From the NCBI GenBank assembly GCA_000004985.1, contig GG739251.1: a stretch of 2,695 nucleotides of DNA, one strand, 5' to 3'. A program made the position numbers and the translations under genes. Each line of letters opens with the position of its first letter. Position 1 is the first letter of the stretch. Below, piece by piece: positions 1-2,695 of this stretch. The notes under the pieces are model-generated. The model saw nothing but the letters and a program-made list of their open reading frames with translations. It was not told the origin of the DNA and made no database searches. This stretch comes from Naegleria gruberi. Its lineage: Eukaryota.

Positions 1-151
1 GTCTATAGTAAATGGTGGAATTGACATCTCAACATCTTTACCAAAATTCATGAAATTGATATCATATGCTACATAGAGTTTCTACATGTCATGGTATCTA
101 TTTCAGTGAAAGTGGAGTTGTTTCTGGAGCATTCAGATTTCCATTAATTCT

Positions 152-394
152 CTAAGAACCAATCCATGAGATTTCCTTAACATTGGATCCTGACATTTCC
201 TCTTCTAAAAAATGAAATGTGGCTGCATGGTCTGTAACTTCACCATCTCGCCAATTTTCAAAGAAGTTCGTTCCAACAACACATTCTCCAACCTTGTATG
301 GAGTGACATCTTGTCCAATTTAAACAAGTTCACCGACACCTTCTGATAATGGAATATATCACAGGTGAATTTTGTGTTTCATCTCTTCATCTTA
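152..394 (-). pseudogene. Possible gene relic or pseudogene: a minus-strand reading frame with a coding-like codon pattern, interrupted by three in-frame stops
   Basis: In one minus-strand frame the translation reads ...DEEMKHKIHL(TGA)YIPLSEGVGELV(TAA)IGQDVTPYKVGECVVGTNFFENWRDGEVTDHAATFHFLEEEMSGSNVKEISWIGS(TAG). On plus-strand coordinates the stops are at 392-394, 359-361, 320-322 and 152-154. The 55-codon open stretch (plus 155-319) has G at the first codon position in 24 of 55 codons (44%), a strong RNY coding signature. The overlapping plus-strand 44-aa ORF (212-346) has only 16%. There is no ATG that would give an intact ORF, and no yeast intron signals (GTATGT/TACTAAC) are present to splice the stops out. 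I could not assign a family. Confidence 0.2.
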
Positions 395-605
395 ATACCA
401 TAAAACATTCAGCCACCATTCCTTTATTTTTAAAATCAATTCATCTTAAAAAAAATGCCATGCACAACCTTAACAAACATTCTACTGAATAGTAAGGTTA
501 CGTGAGGGGAAACAGAACATAAAAATGTTAGAGAGAAATTGGTTCAACACAGAGCTGTTTGGACAATATAATGTTTAGAAGCTCACAATGGTGGCTTCAC
601 TGCAG

Positions 606-613
606 TATAAATA
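606..613 (+). promoter_or_regulatory. Consensus TATA box (TATAAATA)
   Basis: An exact TATAAATA, 25 nt upstream of the ATG at 638. An AGGGG stress-response-element-like pentamer lies at 505-509, about 100 bp further upstream. Confidence 0.3.
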
Positions 614-637
614 GATTTCAATAATTGTCAAAATGCA

Positions 638-1012
638 ATGAAAGGATTACGTGATGTACATGTTAAGGTCAAACATGATTATACACCAAACAATACAAAC
701 TATTATCAAACACCATCTCATGATAGATATTTACTTGCAATATCATTTTGCATTTTTGTTGATCACTTTGTTCATAAGAATTACTCCATGCTTAGTGACA
801 ACTTGTTGGATTATTCAAAGAAGATTATGGAGAAAATTAATCATCCACTGATTGTTCGTGTTGTGCCATATATACGTACAATGCTGGATTGCTCGTTGGA
901 ATCTACACAATATTTCATAGCAACGATTGAAAGCATTCTGGATCCTACAATAGATCTTTCATTTGATTTAGAAGTAAGAAACCAAACGCAATTCAAATCG
1001 TTCCTTCAATAA
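638..1012 (+). CDS. Hypothetical 124-aa protein (from the supplied ORF track); no recognisable family
   Basis: An ATG at 638 and a TAA at 1010-1012. A 124-codon open frame in 33% GC DNA has a per-start probability of about 7e-5 (roughly 0.3 expected in the window), so it is only mildly significant. Glycine codons at first position are weakly enriched (about 21%). The ORF contains three CTG codons, which are rare in yeasts. The TATA box at 606-613 lies only 25 nt upstream, so this ATG may not be on the transcript. The nested 66-aa ORF at 651-851 is in another frame and is judged spurious. Confidence 0.35.
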   Translation: MKGLRDVHVKVKHDYTPNNTNYYQTPSHDRYLLAISFCIFVDHFVHKNYSMLSDNLLDYSKKIMEKINHPLIVRVVPYIRTMLDCSLESTQYFIATIESILDPTIDLSFDLEVRNQTQFKSFLQ

Positions 1013-1638
1013 ACTTTTCATTTGTTGTTGTTTGGAATCAACTTTTCCACTCATTAGACAAAATTAAACCTATTCTAAACTAATTTGAGTTCAAAATCTA
1101 ATAATTGTCAGATTCTTTCTTGTAAATAACATAGATCATCTTCCTTGGGCGTATGAAAAGAAGACACTATTTCTTGGCCTTCACTTCTCTAAAAAGTGCA
1201 TGAATTTACTCACACTAGATATGGGTTTCATTGGCTTTTCCTCAATCTCAGAAGAAATTTAAACAAATTTTATCAAAATCCAATCATGAACCCTTTCCTG
1301 ATCATTGAGGTAGAGGAAAAAAAGTGATTTTAGACATTCTCGACAACCAGTACATACTAAAGGATTATCCAGGCATAGTTGGGTGTATCAATTGAACTGA
1401 CAATTTAGCTATAATTGTACAGAAAAAAGGCGCCAAAATTCAATGCCTGTTATTGTTCTTGAGCTAAATCTCTGCCAAGTGGGACAGTGTTAGATCGCTG
1501 TTATTTGTGCTGAAAGAGATAGTTTCGAAAGACGCATTATTCTAATGTGCATAAGTTCTTTTGGACTTTAGGTTCAGATTCGTGCATAAACTACAACTTT
1601 TTAAAACATTTGATGAAAACAATTCTTTTAAAAAACAC
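1013..1638 (+). promoter_or_regulatory. Spacer of about 625 bp: probable 3' UTR of the 638-1012 ORF plus the promoter and A-rich 5' leader of the 1639 gene
   Basis: The supplied track lists no ORF in this interval on either strand and I found none by inspection. There is a TATA-like sequence at 1410-1417 (ctataattg). The 30 nt immediately upstream of the ATG are A/T-rich (ttttaaaacatttgatgaaaacaattcttttaaaaaacacATG), which is typical of yeast leaders. The extent and exact elements are inferred, not demonstrated. Confidence 0.5.
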
Positions 1639-2695
1639 ATGAAGATAACACCCACCACTGCAAGTGTTATAGAAAATCATAAGGAGGACCAGAGTATTGC
1701 ATCTTTCTCTGATGATGGGTCCTTCTTTGGCACTGGAAAGAAAACAACTTGTTGCTCTTTAAAGACATTTATAATTGTCTCAATGATAATGCTTGTCTTG
1801 TTGTGTTCTGTTTCTATCTATGTCTCTGTATTTGTATTGATGAATCAATCAGTGGATGAACTAACTGAAAATGTTCTTGGTTTGCTTGAAGAAAAGATGA
1901 GTGTTTATATTGACTCGGTTTTGAACGAAATGAAAAATACTGGCATGACGATGGCAGATGGTATAGGAATTGGAAAACAAGGTAAACAGGAAATTGTCTA
2001 CTCTTATCAACCTCCTGGTTTCATTGGCTCAATTCGTGATACCTATTTGTTGAATGGTACTCTTCTTGTGTTAAATGAAACTATTGATTATACTCCTTAC
2101 AATGTGGCAAAGAAGGACTTTTACTATGTTGCTGTGAGTGAAGCAGCTAGAATTGGGAAGGAGGGAGCTTTCAGTTATCCTTACATTGTTACAAACGGAA
2201 CCTTGTCCATTTCATTTGGTGCCAAGGTGTATGACCAACAATTATTCGCTCAAGGAACCAAACATTTGAAAGGTATTGCAAGAATTGTCAAGCCACTTTC
2301 TGGTATTAGTGATTTTCTTGAGAAGAAGGTCCAAGTCTTCGACCAAGGTTTTGTAATTATCAAAGAAAGCTCAAACGACTATGTAATAGCTGGCAGTATC
2401 AATTGTACAACATTTGATGAAAAGTCAAGATTGAGTATTTTTGATATTTCGGCTAGAAATGCAGGCAAGTTAATGAAAGATATCAATTCAACTATTGGTG
2501 ATATCAGTAAGCTACCAAAAGGTACTTCAATTTCCTCAAATGGTGTTGATTATCTTGTGCGACATGTTGTTTACGAATTTGAAAATATCAAATGGGATAT
2601 GTATGTCATTGTAGTAACACAAGATATTTTGCAAACCACTCACATTAGTATTGGTGTTTCGGTTGGTGTTGCCGTTTTGATTACGCTTATTGGTA
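1639..2695 (+). CDS. SLN1: 5'-partial-in-window CDS (start present, no stop; continues past base 2695). It encodes a two-pass membrane glycoprotein: cytoplasmic N-tail, TM1, ectodomain of about 267 aa, TM2. Best interpretation is the N-terminal sensor domain of an Sln1-type osmosensing hybrid histidine kinase.
   Basis: Direct translation shows the ATG at 1639-1641 is the first in-frame ATG after an in-frame TAA at 1552-1554. From there 352 sense codons run with no stop to the window edge; in 33% GC sequence the chance of this at random is about 1e-12. The protein begins MKITPTTASVIENHKEDQSIASFSDDGSFFGTGKKTTCCSLKT, followed by the hydrophobic stretch FIIVSMIMLVLLCSVSIYVSVFVLM. Next comes an ectodomain with sequons N69-Q-S, N139-G-T, N146-E-T, N186-G-T, N255-C-T and N283-S-T. 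It ends ...NIKWDMYVIVVTQDILQTTH and then the hydrophobic ISIGVSVGVAVLITLIG. Codon usage is typical of yeast: GGT 14, GGA 7, GGC 5, GGG 2; Arg is mostly AGA; Gln is CAA 10 to CAG 2; none of the 27 Leu codons is CTG. The layout TM, roughly 270-aa glycosylated ectodomain, TM, beginning within 70 residues of the N-terminus, matches what is established for fungal Sln1. The motifs AKVYD and W..V.IVVTQ followed by TM2 resemble Sln1 as I remember it, but that recollection is unverified. Confidence that this is a real CDS is high; confidence in the SLN1 identity is about 0.45. Confidence 0.8.
   Translation, partial: MKITPTTASVIENHKEDQSIASFSDDGSFFGTGKKTTCCSLKTFIIVSMIMLVLLCSVSIYVSVFVLMNQSVDELTENVLGLLEEKMSVYIDSVLNEMKNTGMTMADGIGIGKQGKQEIVYSYQPPGFIGSIRDTYLLNGTLLVLNETIDYTPYNVAKKDFYYVAVSEAARIGKEGAFSYPYIVTNGTLSISFGAKVYDQQLFAQGTKHLKGIARIVKPLSGISDFLEKKVQVFDQGFVIIKESSNDYVIAGSINCTTFDEKSRLSIFDISARNAGKLMKDINSTIGDISKLPKGTSISSNGVDYLVRHVVYEFENIKWDMYVIVVTQDILQTTHISIGVSVGVAVLITLIG
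1765..1842 (+). other. Predicted transmembrane helix 1 of the 1639+ CDS (residues about 43-68, TFIIVSMIMLVLLCSVSIYVSVFVLM)
   Basis: A run of about 24 uncharged hydrophobic residues. Lys residues and a CC pair lie on the N-terminal (cytoplasmic) side. On the C-terminal side there is an N-glycosylation sequon, consistent with an N-in orientation. Confidence 0.7.
1843..2643 (+). other. Predicted extracellular (lumenal) sensor domain, about 267 aa, between the two TM helices
   Basis: A hydrophilic domain with six N-x-S/T sequons lying between two hydrophobic helices. A heptad-like segment immediately follows TM1 (VDELTENVLGLLEEKMSVYIDSVLNEMKN), which could be a coiled-coil. Confidence 0.6.
2644..2694 (+). 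other. Predicted transmembrane helix 2 (ISIGVSVGVAVLITLIG...), continuing past the window end
   Basis: Seventeen consecutive hydrophobic or small residues (I, V, G, A, L) directly after a polar segment. The window ends inside the helix. Confidence 0.65.

Noticed and set aside
212-346. Plus-strand 44-aa ORF (MKCGCMVCNFTISPIF...) with a Cys-rich N-terminus
   Set aside because: It overlaps, in antisense, the minus-strand frame that has the much stronger RNY signature (44% against 16% G at codon position 1). It is short and most likely an antisense artefact of the relic frame.
411-596. A 10-bp inverted repeat: aatggtggct at 587-596 and its reverse complement agccaccatt at 411-420. The core aatggtgg also appears at 11-18.
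   Set aside because: About 3-4 inverted 10-mer pairs are expected by chance in a 2.7-kb window of this composition. The arms flank nothing recognisable: no target-site duplication and no ORF between them. I treat it as chance rather than transposon termini or a structured element.
651-851. The 66-aa ORF from the supplied track
   Set aside because: It is fully nested in a different frame within the 124-aa ORF, shows no coding bias, and gives a low-complexity hydrophobic translation. It is most likely spurious.
620-1110. The recurrent motif aataattgtca at 620-630 and 1100-1110, with shorter ataattgt copies at 1413 and 1771
   Set aside because: About three exact 11-mer repeat pairs are expected by chance in AT-rich sequence of this length. 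The copies sit in unrelated contexts: a 5' leader, a spacer and a coding region.
1148-1360. GTATGA at 1150-1155 and a TACTAAA branchpoint-like sequence at 1352-1358, suggesting a possible 5' UTR intron for the downstream gene
   Set aside because: Neither signal matches the strict yeast consensus (GTATGT and TACTAAC). The spacing of about 200 nt is unremarkable, and nothing requires an intron because the ATG at 1639 opens the frame directly. This is over-reading.
1681-1687. A perfect Shine-Dalgarno-like AAGGAGG
   Set aside because: It lies inside the long CDS (codons K15-E16-D17). The nearest downstream ATGs (1712-1717) are about 25-30 nt away, too far for an RBS, and everything else in the window (codon usage, glycosylation sequons, spacer sizes) indicates a eukaryotic yeast origin. 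It is a coincidence.
2600-2605. GTATGT, a yeast 5' splice-site consensus, inside the long CDS
   Set aside because: The frame continues in phase without a stop and encodes the W-D-M-Y-V-I-V-V-T-Q segment leading into TM2. No TACTAAC branchpoint follows. A coding GTATGT (Met-Tyr-Val) is the simpler reading.
1-2695. Any prokaryotic defence, mobile or biosynthetic system, CRISPR array, tRNA or rRNA
   Set aside because: I found none. There are no repeat-spacer arrays, no T-loop (GGTTCGA) or A/B-box tRNA signatures, no operon-like gene packing and no terminal inverted repeats with target duplications. Long AT-rich spacers and yeast codon bias indicate ordinary eukaryotic chromosomal DNA.

Overview
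The window is AT-rich (about 33% GC) and looks like nuclear DNA from a budding yeast (Saccharomycotina), not a prokaryote, and I see no support for a new system. Codon usage in the long open frame is yeast-like: AGA for Arg, TTG for Leu, GGT for Gly, CAA for Gln, GAA for Glu. The three genic regions are separated by AT-rich spacers of several hundred bases. I found no tRNA or rRNA, no CRISPR array, no transposon ends, and no operon structure. There are three regions, from left to right. (1) Bases 1-400 carry a protein-like reading frame on the minus strand that is broken by in-frame TAA, TGA and TAG stops. It is probably a gene relic or just non-coding. (2) A 124-aa ORF at 638-1012 on the plus strand, from the supplied track, has no recognisable identity. 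A consensus TATA box (TATAAATA, 606-613) sits only 25 nt upstream of its ATG. (3) The largest gene in the window is missing from the ORF track. An uninterrupted frame starts at the ATG at 1639 and runs 352 codons off the right edge, presumably omitted because it has no stop inside the window. It encodes a cytoplasmic N-tail of about 42 residues, a transmembrane helix, an ectodomain of about 267 residues with six N-x-S/T sequons, and a second transmembrane helix. That is the architecture of the sensor domain of an Sln1-type osmosensing hybrid histidine kinase. Bases 1013-1638 are its likely promoter and 5' UTR. The remaining observations are short repeats and motifs of low significance.
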